The notes beneath the pieces were generated by a model, which had not been told where the DNA came from, did no database searches, and saw only the letters and a list, made by a program, of their open reading frames with translations. The position numbers and the translations under genes were made by a program. A stretch of 63,559 nucleotides of DNA, the filler included, from Sphacelaria rigidula (lineage: Eukaryota), in NCBI GenBank assembly GCA_964200075.2. It is 4 parts of 4 records of this genome, joined end to end, with 100 filler letters (N's around TTAATTAATTAA, not from the genome) between each part and the next. Parts side by side here need not be neighbours in the genome. Positions count along the whole stretch, not along the records: positions 15,929 to 31,744 come from CAXNAA020001581.1; positions 31,845 to 47,655 come from CAXNAA020001582.1; 2 more parts are not named here. The stretch is one strand, 5' to 3'. Below are positions 25,601-35,719 of the stretch, in pieces (position 1 is the stretch's first letter; the number at the start of each line of letters is the position of its first letter).

Positions 25601-28600
25601 CTTCACCTCTTCAGGTGTGAGAGCAGCCACGACCGCCTCAAAGGTGTCTTTGCTGTCGCTATCGGCCGCCAACGACAACATTGTGTCCGAAGAGTTCTCC
25701 CGCATCATCGCGTCTTTCAACTGCGAGGGAGCCAGCGTATGAGGAAGAAGGGACACATCTCGCGTTAGGAACGTTCCTCGCGGTTCGACATGACCGCAGA
25801 TTTATTTCACGTTTGACAGCTACACAGAGAGTCGAAAAAATATCCAACTTCCTCCTGTAATACGCGGGCAAGAACCTTCGATATCTACCGACGAGTCATG
25901 CCTGTTCGACCTCAAATACTGCCGTCATGAGAAGAAAAACTGTCGTGATCGCACACTCAGAAGGGCACAGCGTGCACAGCAGAGGTCTGCCGGCGTGTCC
26001 AATGCGGGTGGCGCGCGCGCTTGGGGAATCGATTCCTCAAACAATGCGTGCACAAACCCGCCTGCGGTGATGAGGATCGTCACCTGTTCGGTCGAAATAT
26101 GGTCTCGGAATGCGCTATGTATGGTCTTGAAAACTGCTGCGTTCCCAGTGCTAGCCGCATGCATAAGCAGCGTGTTGCCGTCCCATTCCGTCCACGCCAC
26201 CAGTTCCTGCACCCGGGAGCAACAACAGTAGGAGCAGACGGCTATTTCGCAAGAGCGATACGAACCACGCTTGATTTTGAGCTGCGAGTTTTGTCGAGGT
26301 CGGGTATTTCGGTCCACCGTCGGTTGACCCCCGATCCTGCTGCCACCGTTCACGGAAGACAAAACGCATGGCTGTTGGACGTGCTATGACTAAAATACAG
26401 TGTTGGTCGGCGCCAGTTGCTTCGCCAATCACAACCAGCCGCAATAACCTACAAGCGCGTGTAGCACTTGGACGGTTCACGCCCCAGAGCACAGATAAAC
26501 ACTGTTTTCGTGAGATTGAGAGTAGAGGATACGATTGAGAGTGAAAAGCGGTCGATCAGTGAATGAGTTGTTTCAGTTCCGAAATGCCCCTTCACGAGGT
26601 CCGATATGCTTTCTGTTGTAGCTTGACACTGAGGCCCTTTATATCCCTGAGCAGGATATCGACGTGTAGCTGTAAGCACACGCCAGTGATGCAGGAAAAA
26701 AAAAGCACGCACGGAATGAAAAATTGGCGAAGTTAAAGCGAATGATCGAAGCCACTCTCAATCAACGCTCTACTCTCAATCTCACGAAAACGTCGTTAGA
26801 TGATGCCATAAGGAAGCTCACAGCAGGACTGCTTACAGCAGGACTGCTTTATCAGCCGCAACCCGTCCTACGCAACGGCTCAATAGCCATTTCATCACCC
26901 TATCCCAGGAACAGCGCGCATGTTCTGTCGGAGTCAAGAGCTACGCGTACGTCGATACCGCGCTCTCTAAGTCGTCCCAACGGGTACCAAAGTCGCCTGT
27001 CGTGTGGGGCAACAAATCGTTCGAGAGCGAGCCATACACGCTGTCGAAGCCACGAGCGCTTTCCCTGCGCGACGTAGAACTTTGCGACCACCAAAAATCT
27101 TTCCGTCGCTAAAGCTGTACGATATACATATATATATATATACTGTACGCGCAGTACCTGCCATGTAGTGAAATTCAGGAAATTGAGAACGACGCCCACT
27201 TGATTGGCGTCCATGCTGCTCACAGCTGCAGCCAAGAGCTCCCTCTTGCTTTGTTCTTCCTCTGGAGGAATCCGTCCCTCTAGCTGGCAGCAAGGAGAAA
27301 GATATCGGCACAATCAAGTGAATCTAAGCGAGGGGTACCACTGCAACAGAACGCCGTACTGCTTACTCGTACTTGTACACAATATTTACTCAAATCCTGC
27401 TCGACGAATATACAGACACCCGGGGAAGTTCCACTTGAGAAAGTTCGGCTCACGCGTTGTTCCGTTCGCCGACGGATCGTTGAAGTGACCCGCGTCATTG
27501 TTCGCAATCGGCGCAAACAGTTACGTACACAATATTCTGGCAATACAAACAAGAAAGGGTGGCGCCGTACACTCCGTTGCCGAATAACGACAGACAGAAC
27601 CCAAGCGGAGCTTTCATCGGTGTCGTGTGCACGTCGCTAGAGAGCGCTTACGCGGAAGGGTTGTGGACGCGCACACATTTCATTGCGATGTCGGGCCAAG
27701 AAGTTCGTTCGTTTACTGCGATACTGAGTCCTCAAGCACTTTCATCCGCAAACTAAACATTTATTAACATCAGCTGGGTGGGGATAGTACATCAGTTCGT
27801 TCACCTGGTTGACGGTGAGTCTCTGCCGAGCAGCCTTCAGAACGGCTTCCCAGGTATGAGTACTTCCGCTCAGAGCTGCTCCTCTCAGCACCTCGAAATC
27901 CATCAACATCGGGCTCACCTGACGGCGCCCACGTGCACGAGAAGCAGGGTCTCCGACGTCATGAGTATCGAGCGGTATGCTTCAAACCGTAGCTCTAGGT
28001 TTGATACGGTGTAGTCGGCGCACGCAAGGGTGTATGTGCAACCTTTTATTGGTAATCACGCCACATCGCATGGGACAGACAAGTGATGCTTGGCAACTTC
28101 TAAATGGCAGAGAACTCGTACGTACCTCATCTCGTGTGGCCCGTTCCTTCTCTAGCGCGGACAACACTGCTTCGAAGGTATCGCGGTTTCCAACCCGGGC
28201 TGCCATCGTCAAGATGGTGCGATCGTGGTATGTTTTCAACATCACTCTCGCGACCTGGCATTTCATGCAAGTATATCAAGCAGAAACGAGCAATGATCAG
28301 ATACAGTGTGGATTTTCATTACATCTAATCCACAAGCATGCGGATAATGAACCTCCCCGGCAACAAATGACCGCCAATGGGCAGGCATGTATCGACTGGA
28401 CCACGCACCGAAGCACCAATCGAACGCACAACGTGGGTTCCACCCACAGCTCTGCCTATAGCAGCGCCTGAGAGACCAGTATCGCTGGCGGCGAGGTGAT
28501 GCACGTCGTAGTCAGCTGGATGAACGATACGCTACAGGCAAGGTTGGCCGATAGCTGGAGTTGGTGTGGGGGTGTTTGTGCACAGAAGTGACCGCCGTGG

Positions 28601-30454
28601 GAATATACATCTTGAATATACATCTCGGTCACCTCTTCAGTCGAGAAGTAGTCGTATAAAGTCTTGAGCACGGTATTGAAGACTGTGGCGGTCCCGGTGT
28701 GTACTGCATCCATGAGCAACGTCATGCCACTGACACTCTTCTTCAGCATATTTTGCACCTGGGAGCAGTTGTACAAAACAGGGTAGATACGTGTCTCAGT
28801 GTGCGTCCCTACGAAGACCGAACCGACGCTCATCGTGGCGGCGAGGCTTTTTCAGCCGCGCGTCCGGTCTACGATTATGTATGCTGTACGCTGCCCTATT
28901 GCGCAACCATGTAGTCGGAAGTTCTCGACACTAGTCTGCCCTACGTGAATACCATGTGGTGCGTAAGACTTATACAGTGATTGTGAAATACGCAGCGAAG
29001 AAGGTGCACCGTTCGGACTGGCTGCGCATCCTTCGCGCTGGCCACGAAATGTCATTCAACCACCACATCACCTGTGGCGGCCCGTGATAAAGCGATATCT
29101 AGTCAACAAATCGGGTTCTTTGTTTCCAAAATATAGAAAATTGGCACTTAGAAGTGGGGCTCGGCTCTTTCCGACAGAAATAGACGACAAAAGACAAGAA
29201 GATGGGAGGCCGTGGTATGTGGATAACGGTATGGAAAAGACCGCTCGAGACGATCGTACGGCAAGGCATTGGACATCTTATGAAACAAAACGTCTTTATA
29301 CCCTGGACAATAGATTGCATTTGTCGAGACGTTCATTGCGTCAATATGGAATCTTTTGTCTATTGCAATAGACATTGTAGTCGATACTGTTCATTTTTGT
29401 TTTTTATTTTTATTTGTCGCACTTCGAACCCCTCTCCTTCCTCGGGACGAGTCCGTGGTCTCAAGGGGTCAACCCTTCTTTCCCCGGTACTGTACACTGT
29501 ACATTTTTATCAATGCAATATATTGTCATTTTCAAGCCGCGGTTCGCTACTGGCTGATTGTTGTACATTGATCTACCCCTGGGGAATCGAGCAGTGATAA
29601 CGAGATAGACATCCTCAAGGTGGGGACAGAAACTCTCGCTAGTAGGGAATTCGAAAAAGGAAGAGAATGAAGAAAGCAAGATGGAACGAGGCAAACTAGA
29701 AAAGGAAAGCTCACTGTACGAAAGATACCTCTTCTCGCTCGAGATTAACCGCAAGAGCAGCCAACACCGTCTTGAACGAGTCTTGCAACATACGGCGAGC
29801 AACTGTCCACATCTCATGACCTTCGTCGTCCTCCGAAACGATCGTCTTCGTGAAGTTGGCGTTACCGCGGGTTGCGATTGTCAATATTGTGGAACCTTCC
29901 TCGTCCTCAGATACCATCATATTCCTGAACTGGACGTTCGCGTAAAGCAAAAACGGTAAATACACACATGTATAGAGTGAGGGCGTGACTGTATCAGCAT
30001 GCGTTTCCCCACCGTTTGCACGTCTGACAACGAATAAATCTCAGGGTGGGCCGGCTACGACGACTGCAAATGGCTGCGGGAAAAAATAGCCCTGCCTGGA
30101 CTCCAACCCCTAACCCCAGTTGTAGCATGGGTATGGGTACCCCTGAAGTCAGCGAAGAGCATAAAATAGTGTGTATGTTGAGATGTACATATGCAGTGTA
30201 ATGCTCAGCTGGCGGTTGAGATTTGTGTAATACACACGTGCGCTCTGGAAAATCCCTATCCCGGGACAACGAATGTTGTGCTACGGGATGCCGTCGAGAC
30301 CGCTCGCATCGACGTAGGCCTGTACCTTTGTTGTGGGGAGGTAGTCCCGTAACACCCCGAGGATAGCCTTGAAAACCTCAGCGCTACATCTCTCTACTGC
30401 GTGCATCAGCAGTGTTCTCGTTCGCCAGTCCACCTCGACCATCATCTGCTCCAC
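18468..30454 (-). CDS. TRP-family cation channel with N-terminal ankyrin-like repeat array; 13 exons, 5'-incomplete
   Basis: All exons splice in phase 0 into one open frame: 10 repeat exons, a linker plus S1-S2 exon, an S3-S4 exon (WNFVD..LRILFFAQMLRFQGPMVQ), and an S5-pore-S6 exon (LFKAMLGD, LLNLLIAVLSTS) followed by TRP-domain-like EFKVSKARLI..LLPAPFNLL. Confidence 0.88.
21052..21288 (-). CDS. TRP channel exon (end of S2, S3, S4, S4-S5 linker)
   Basis: 79 codons, AAGYAEGREM..YSRDVWNFVDL..GPMVQ. Acceptor taag| and non-canonical donor cag|gcgagt. Confidence 0.82.
21683..22624 (-). CDS. TRP channel exon (pre-S1 linker, S1, S2)
   Basis: 314 codons. Acceptor accag| and donor gcg|gtgagt. Ends in hydrophobic helices (MRMVLDLVVYVAMLAVFTVAVL; EWLFLLYIA). 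Confidence 0.85.
22840..23560. repeat. Intronic element dense in TTCAA/TTGAA motifs
   Basis: High density of ttcaa(c)/(g)ttgaa words in both orientations. Non-coding. Confidence 0.45.
23915..24055 (-). CDS. TRP channel repeat exon 10 (47 aa, VNELIPHRNNQDSTLMSILIES...LADKQ)
   Basis: cag|GTA acceptor and CAG|gtgcga donor. Phase 0-0. Confidence 0.68.
24257..24382 (-). CDS. TRP channel repeat exon 9 (VSTMLMSISKGDTVLTLAASGENKDAFEAVVDACGKRLTDEQ)
   Basis: Manually translated, 126 nt, ccag|...|gtatgg. Ankyrin-like GDTxLxxAA motif. Confidence 0.8.
25607..25720 (-). CDS. TRP channel repeat exon 8 (LKDAMMRENSSDTMLSLAADSDSKDTFEAVVAALTPEE)
   Basis: 114 nt, gcag|...|gtgaag. Confidence 0.78.
26084..26206 (-). 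CDS. TRP channel repeat exon 7 (ELVAWTEWDGNTLLMHAASTGNAAVFKTIHSAFRDHISTEQ)
   Basis: 123 nt, gtgcag|...|gtgacg. Clear ankyrin-like DGNTLLMHAA. Confidence 0.8.
26499..26797. mobile_element. MITE with about 30-bp TIRs; second copy at 45921-46222
   Basis: ttttcgtgagattgagagtagag / ctctactctcaatctcacgaaaa. The internal sequence matches 45921-46222 in inverted orientation. Confidence 0.8.
27158..27283 (-). CDS. TRP channel repeat exon 6 (LEGRIPPEEEQSKRELLAAAVSSMDANQVGVVLNFLNFTTWQ)
   Basis: 126 nt, gccag|...|gtactg. Degenerate repeat. Confidence 0.68.
27805..27918 (-). CDS. TRP channel repeat exon 5 (VSPMLMDFEVLRGAALSGSTHTWEAVLKAARQRLTVNQ)
   Basis: Manually translated, 114 nt, gtcag|...|gtgaac. 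Confidence 0.72.
28126..28254 (-). CDS. TRP channel repeat exon 4 (VARVMLKTYHDRTILTMAARVGNRDTFEAVLSALEKERATRDE)
   Basis: 129 nt, gccag|...|gtacgt. Confidence 0.8.
28633..28758 (-). CDS. TRP channel repeat exon 3 (VQNMLKKSVSGMTLLMDAVHTGTATVFNTVLKTLYDYFSTEE)
   Basis: 126 nt, cccag|...|gtgacc. Confidence 0.8.
29729..29929 (-). CDS. TRP channel repeat exon 2 (67 aa, with internal partial duplication)
   Basis: 201 nt, tccag|...|gtatct. FRNMMVSEDEEGSTILTIATRG..IVSEDDEG..DSFKTVLAALAVNLEREE. Confidence 0.75.
30326..30454 (-). CDS. TRP channel repeat exon 1 (VEQMMVEVDWRTRTLLMHAVERCSAEVFKAILGVLRDYLPTTK)
   Basis: Manually translated, 129 nt, gctag|...|gtacag. Confidence 0.8.
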
Positions 30455-30816
30455 CTAGCGGGAAAGGTAACAATAAAGAAACGCACTTTCTTCAGCTGTC
30501 AACGATGTTTGTTAGCGCACGAGAAAGGTGCCTCGGGCAGCACGACGCAGAATGTACAAGCGACCGCAAGATAGCAACTCAGATGAGGGATGTTGCCGCA
30601 AATTGAAGAAAACAATACACAACACGACTAATGCCGCGATAGCCCCCCACCTACCCACCTAAAAAAGTGGAACGGTGCTCCGTCTCGAAAGGGATGCGTG
30701 CTCCACGGTCAAATGACGAAGGCAAGCAATGAATGAGCACGCCCCTCAGAACAGGCTGGTTTGAGGATTCAAAGTCCACTTGTAAATCAAAATGACAAAA
30801 TCCGAGCACACCGAGC

Positions 30817-31168
30817 GCCGGTCGCCCCGGTGGCTCAGTTGGTAACCTCGAAACCTCCTCAAGGTTGGGTCGTGGGTTCAAACCTCGGAGCGATCCGGGA
30901 TTTCTTCTCACGCCATGCCCAACAGTGGAGAGGGACTACGTCGTCGTGGGTACACAAAATTCGACTTTACGGTCGACGAGAGAAAGGAAGTGATGAGCCC
31001 CTCTCGCGATAAAAAATAAAAGGCAAGCACCACAGAAGGAAGGTAGAGATCTAAAACAAATAAAAAAGAAGAGAAACTCCTGTATTGGCCTTCCTCCTGC
31101 GTGACCCAGGCTGATGCGCCCACATATACCGAAAGGTGTAGACCGGCGTCCAGAATAGATGGGACGGC

Positions 31169-31213
<45 letters not shown>
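30817..31213 (+). mobile_element. tRNA-headed SINE, copy 3, with TSD
   Basis: A-box TGGCTCAGTTGG, B-box GGTTCAAACC, (CA)n tail. 10-bp direct repeat CACACCGAGC at 30807-30816 and 31214-31223. Confidence 0.85.
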
Positions 31214-31744
31214 CACACCGAGCAGCTGGGCTTGAGATCGTTTTTTCGCCAGTATCGTCCATACGAGAGGCTTCATGCCGTCTAAAACCAGCTGTTATGC
31301 GCCGTATGATAATTTTCTTTGTGACAGTTACGGGGCTGGCGAAGCCGGGACGAAACACGTCGGATTTTCGCCGGACCAGGCTCGCACTCAATCACCAAGT
31401 GCGGAATACCGTGGTGTGTTCGGCGAGTCGCATGAAGGGTGAGCTGATTTTCTGCTAAGATTGTTCGGCCCGAAGCCAACTGGTTATCTTGCATACGGAT
31501 GACAGCCTACAATGACTTGCTTTATTATCTGGTATCGCCACTTCCAGAGACAGCCACGGCTTTTACACTGCCTGATTGGGGCCTCACCATGTAAACATTA
31601 CGTAGTACGATCACCCCCTTTGTGCGGAGTCGAGGTTCTCCCACGTCGCACAACATGATCTAGCTCGACCACCATCATGGCTACCGCAAAACAAAACGCA
31701 AGCACGCAGAACAAATCGGTAACCTGGTTGCCTAACTTACGCAG

Positions 31745-31844
31745 NNNNNNNNNNNNNNNNNNNNNNNNNNNNNNNNNNNNNNNNNNNNTTAATTAATTAA
31801 NNNNNNNNNNNNNNNNNNNNNNNNNNNNNNNNNNNNNNNNNNNN
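31745..31844. other. Artificial contig linker
   Basis: 100 nt of N, TTAATTAATTAA, N. Confidence 0.97.
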
Positions 31845-34059
31845 AGGGGGAAAACGATGTATATACTGGAAGATAGATGGTGGCCAGAGACGGCGAAACA
31901 GGACGGGGATAAGATATGTAAAAGCTTTTTGGTGTAATGTATGGAAGAAACGTAATGAGCTGCTGAAGAAACGTAATGAGCGTCGGAGTGTTGGAGGTGT
32001 CTCTGTTAGGAGTAGGAACGGTGCTCGGTCTCGCAAGGGATGCGTGGTCAATGGTCACACGACTAAGGCAAGCAACAAATGAGTACGCCCCCTACCCCCT
32101 GGGCATATGACTACCGCATGCCAGGTCATGAGTGCACCCTTTCCCCTGGAAACAAGTCCGCAGCCTCAGGAGATCGACCCTCTCTTTCTCGGTACTGGGA
32201 GTGATACATCGTTGGGCATCAGATGCGCAGGCCGTCGGCTTCCATAAAAATATTTGCACCGACTCCCGAATTCACGTCTCTGGATGATGGAAATAAAAAC
32301 AGTACCCTGCGGTCGGGGTGCGAGACAATGGATTCGGCCCAAATTGGCATCGATGGACCAGCTTGACCCTAGAAGCTCAAAGCTTGTTGTTTCCATCTGT
32401 CGTTAAACTCTGAGCACTCCCTCCTTACGCGGCAAGAGTCCATGGTCTCCAGTGATGAACACATTTCTCCCCCGGTGCGTTCCTGACACCCTCCTGACAA
32501 GCATGGGATTAGCACTCCCTCACCCTGTTACCCTTTGTCGGATGTTTATCATGCTCACTCGCGTCTTCACACGCGCGGGTGACGGAGACCAATGGAAAGG
32601 GTGAATACTGCTGGGATTCTAGCTGGGAAAATCCACTTTAAGTGGTCGACGATGAAACCGTTTTGACCGCTGCGGGGCGGAAACTGCGGAGTTCATCCGT
32701 TAGATTTTCAGCCAAGGTGCAAAAATCAATCGATCGAATCAATTTTATTTGATACTGAAAATGTGCCGTTGATAACTACCCCCCCTCCTTCTCCCCCGTT
32801 CATTCGTCTATTGAGATGTATCGTCGCGACCCGCTGAGATAGATCTACCGCGTCGTAAAGGTGGTCAAGCATAGAGAGGTTGTTAAGAATCTGATCCTGC
32901 ATGATAGATGATGACCCTCTGACTCTTGCGCGTTTAAGGATCTTTAGTCCAAGAGTGTAGGCACGTATAAAGAAACCAAAGTCACGGGTGTGCACAGTCA
33001 GTGGCACAGATACATGGACACAAAACACGGATACAGTGTCTTCTTCGCAATTCGTGAAGAGGTCGAACGTCGCCCATTCCTGCGTTGCAGTGGACGTGTG
33101 CATGTGTGCGTATTGTGCGTGATGCTGACAGAACCAGGATCCGTGGTCGGTTCGCCTTCAAATTGATGTCAACGCATCCAGTGTTCGCAGAGTGAACGAC
33201 CCACCTAGTTTCATGAGCGAAGAGGAGTACTGTACGCTTCGGTGCGTGTATGAAGGGTCACGGAATGGAAGATCTTGGTGAATTTACGTCCCATCCTTCC
33301 CTCGCTTCACGTTGCACCCGTTGGAACAGGCCGGAGGTGGGGACGCGGCAGACGACCTCTCCGATATGAGTGCATCGGACACTCCGTCTGATCTCCTGGA
33401 TGAAGAAGAGAATTACGAAGATGATGACGTGAGCCTTTCAGACATAATTTCTGCATTTTACGAGAAAACTTAGTCACTCCCTAGATAGCGTTATTGCTGA
33501 GTATTTTTCTTGGGTGTGTATGATGAAGAATGTTCAACTGCTGCAGCACTGTTCGCCTGTGGAGCCTGAGGACAAGATACTGCATAATAACCAGCACATG
33601 TGGAAATGGACACCACTTGAACGTGGCGTTCAATCGACTAAAAAACAAATTATCGCCCGTTTACCCTCGCGAAGTGGATGGCTAGGCGTTTTTGTCGAAT
33701 CAGTAGCTTGGTAAAACCAGTGCCCAACTCAGACACGCAAGATGCACCGGAGTATGCAGCAACAATGATTTTAACTCTCAGTAGTTGTTGCAAATATGAT
33801 TCAGGGGGAAATGCTTGAGCGTAGTTTCAAATATTTCAGAGCGAATACAGCATGATGTTGTACGGTGGAGAATTCCTCCCAGCTCTAACATTCTTAACCC
33901 GTTCCCCGGGACATTTTATTCGGGTCGTTGCTGCGGACTGACTCCTACATACCAAACCGTACTGATCAGACCCAGTAAATATTCCTTGCATGGAAGACGA
34001 GAAGGAAAGAAGGGCCAGAAAAAAGAAGGACGGCTGTAGCTAAAGCTGCAGGTTGAGCT

Positions 34060-35715
34060 TAGGTCCCATGCTGGGAAAAGCTTATTATAAGGGCGTGCAC
34101 CATTCATACATTATCTTCCACGAGACAGAACGGGGCTGGTGCGGCTGTCGAGTTGGTACTGACAGGTTGCGGCATAATCGGACATCAGGATACATGTAGA
34201 CAAGGCACAACGGACTTCGCTCGCCTCCCGCTGCGGGGCGGAATGGAGCAAGGGAGGGACTGGACAATATGGGGTTGGGTTGGCGGTCAAGGCGTCACCC
34301 ATCAGCAAAACAGCGTAGCTAAAGGAGGCGTTCATCAGCGAGCACCCCATGTTGATAACTTTCAACCCAACTGGTGCGAAAATGTCTATCGAAATTAACC
34401 GCCGCATCAGCGCTGCGCGGGCACGTCTCCGGGTATGAACTCCCCAACTCTGCGATCGACCCAACGCCCGGTTATCCTTGAAAGTCCGGCTGCTTAAAGC
34501 GGAGGTGGTGGAAGCTCTGTTGCACGGATGTGCCACATGAATATTATATTCTGAGGACTTCGACAGTCTGCGCACTGCCCATCACAAGCTTTTGCTGCTA
34601 GTGTTGGATTCCGCGGGAAATATCGGAATGACTCGAAGACTCTTTCGTGCTCGAGATGACCAACTGCGAACGTATCGAGACGAGTATCTGCGAACGTCAA
34701 CTCTGCTTCGCGGGAGCCCTTGCTCGGCAGAAGGAAACACGTCTTCCCGAAAGCATCATGAGCGGACGGTTGACCACACGAGGGCCGATGGAGGCCGGCC
34801 GCCCCTCCCAAACGATGAGGGGAGAACCTCCAGGGGAACCTACGTGCACCAGGGGCTGTTTCGCACGGAGGAGCGAGACGGAAATGATTCGTCTACGGTG
34901 CAGGGGTCAACGATGCATACGGTTGGGTCACTGCGGCGAGAAACATGGGCATATGGCATCTTGGAGTCGAAATAGGAGCGGAAGAGTTTGAGGACACGTT
35001 GGCGCCGCGAAGACAAGAACGAAAATCGGGCCGCCGTCACAAACGAGAGGCTGCTGCGTCGAGGGCCGCCAATCGAAGAACCCTGTCTGCCCCTATCCGT
35101 TGTTGATCGCCTATTGTTGATTGCTGATTGCTTATTGTGTCCTTGGTCGGTGGTTCTGCGGTGCCCTCTGGTGTGTGTCTGTATGTGCTTTGCTGCCCTG
35201 AATTATTTCGGCTTCACAACTGCTGCAGTCTCCTTCTCTGCTCTCCCTTCCCTACGTTTTGTCTTCTAACCCTTCCCTATGTGTTCGTTGCTGCCGGTGT
35301 ATGCCAGAGCAGTTTGGTGCCTCGCTTCTGCAGGGTCCATCGCTGAGAGGTTTCAAACTCCAAAAATAAGGTCGTACTAGACGCGTGAGGCACAGTCTTC
35401 TCCCACGGCCTTTGGTTTTCTACCGTTGGATATGAGTGCGGTTTTAGCGTAAGATCTTTTCCGCTGAAGCCATGAGGCAGAGGCCGGTCATTTCTATTTT
35501 TCTCTTTTTTTTTCCCGTTGTTTTATGTTGTTGTTTCTTTCTTCTTCCTAGTCTAGTCTGTTGGTCTGTTCTACCTTTTCTGCTTTTTTCTTCTTTAGTT
35601 TCCTTCAGCGAGTGTCATAGTCTAGTTTTGTCTCGGTTCGTCCACCTTGTGGATAATGAGCACGACTGGATCATGACTCCTCGGGGGATCAGCAAAAGTA
35701 CGGCATTCAATCATA
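34060..35715 (+). mobile_element. 5'-truncated, decayed RTE-like LINE (post-RT region, 3' UTR and tail)
   Basis: Frameshifted translation EINRRISAARA..DRPNARLSLKVRLLKAEVVEALLHGCAT, a T-rich UTR, and a tail shared with 13690-13775 and 23610-23692. Confidence 0.75.
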
Positions 35716-35719
35716 CACA

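Noticed and set aside
30817-30895. Functional tRNA gene
   Set aside because: No convincing cloverleaf or acceptor stem; it continues into a repeated SINE body with a tail and TSD.
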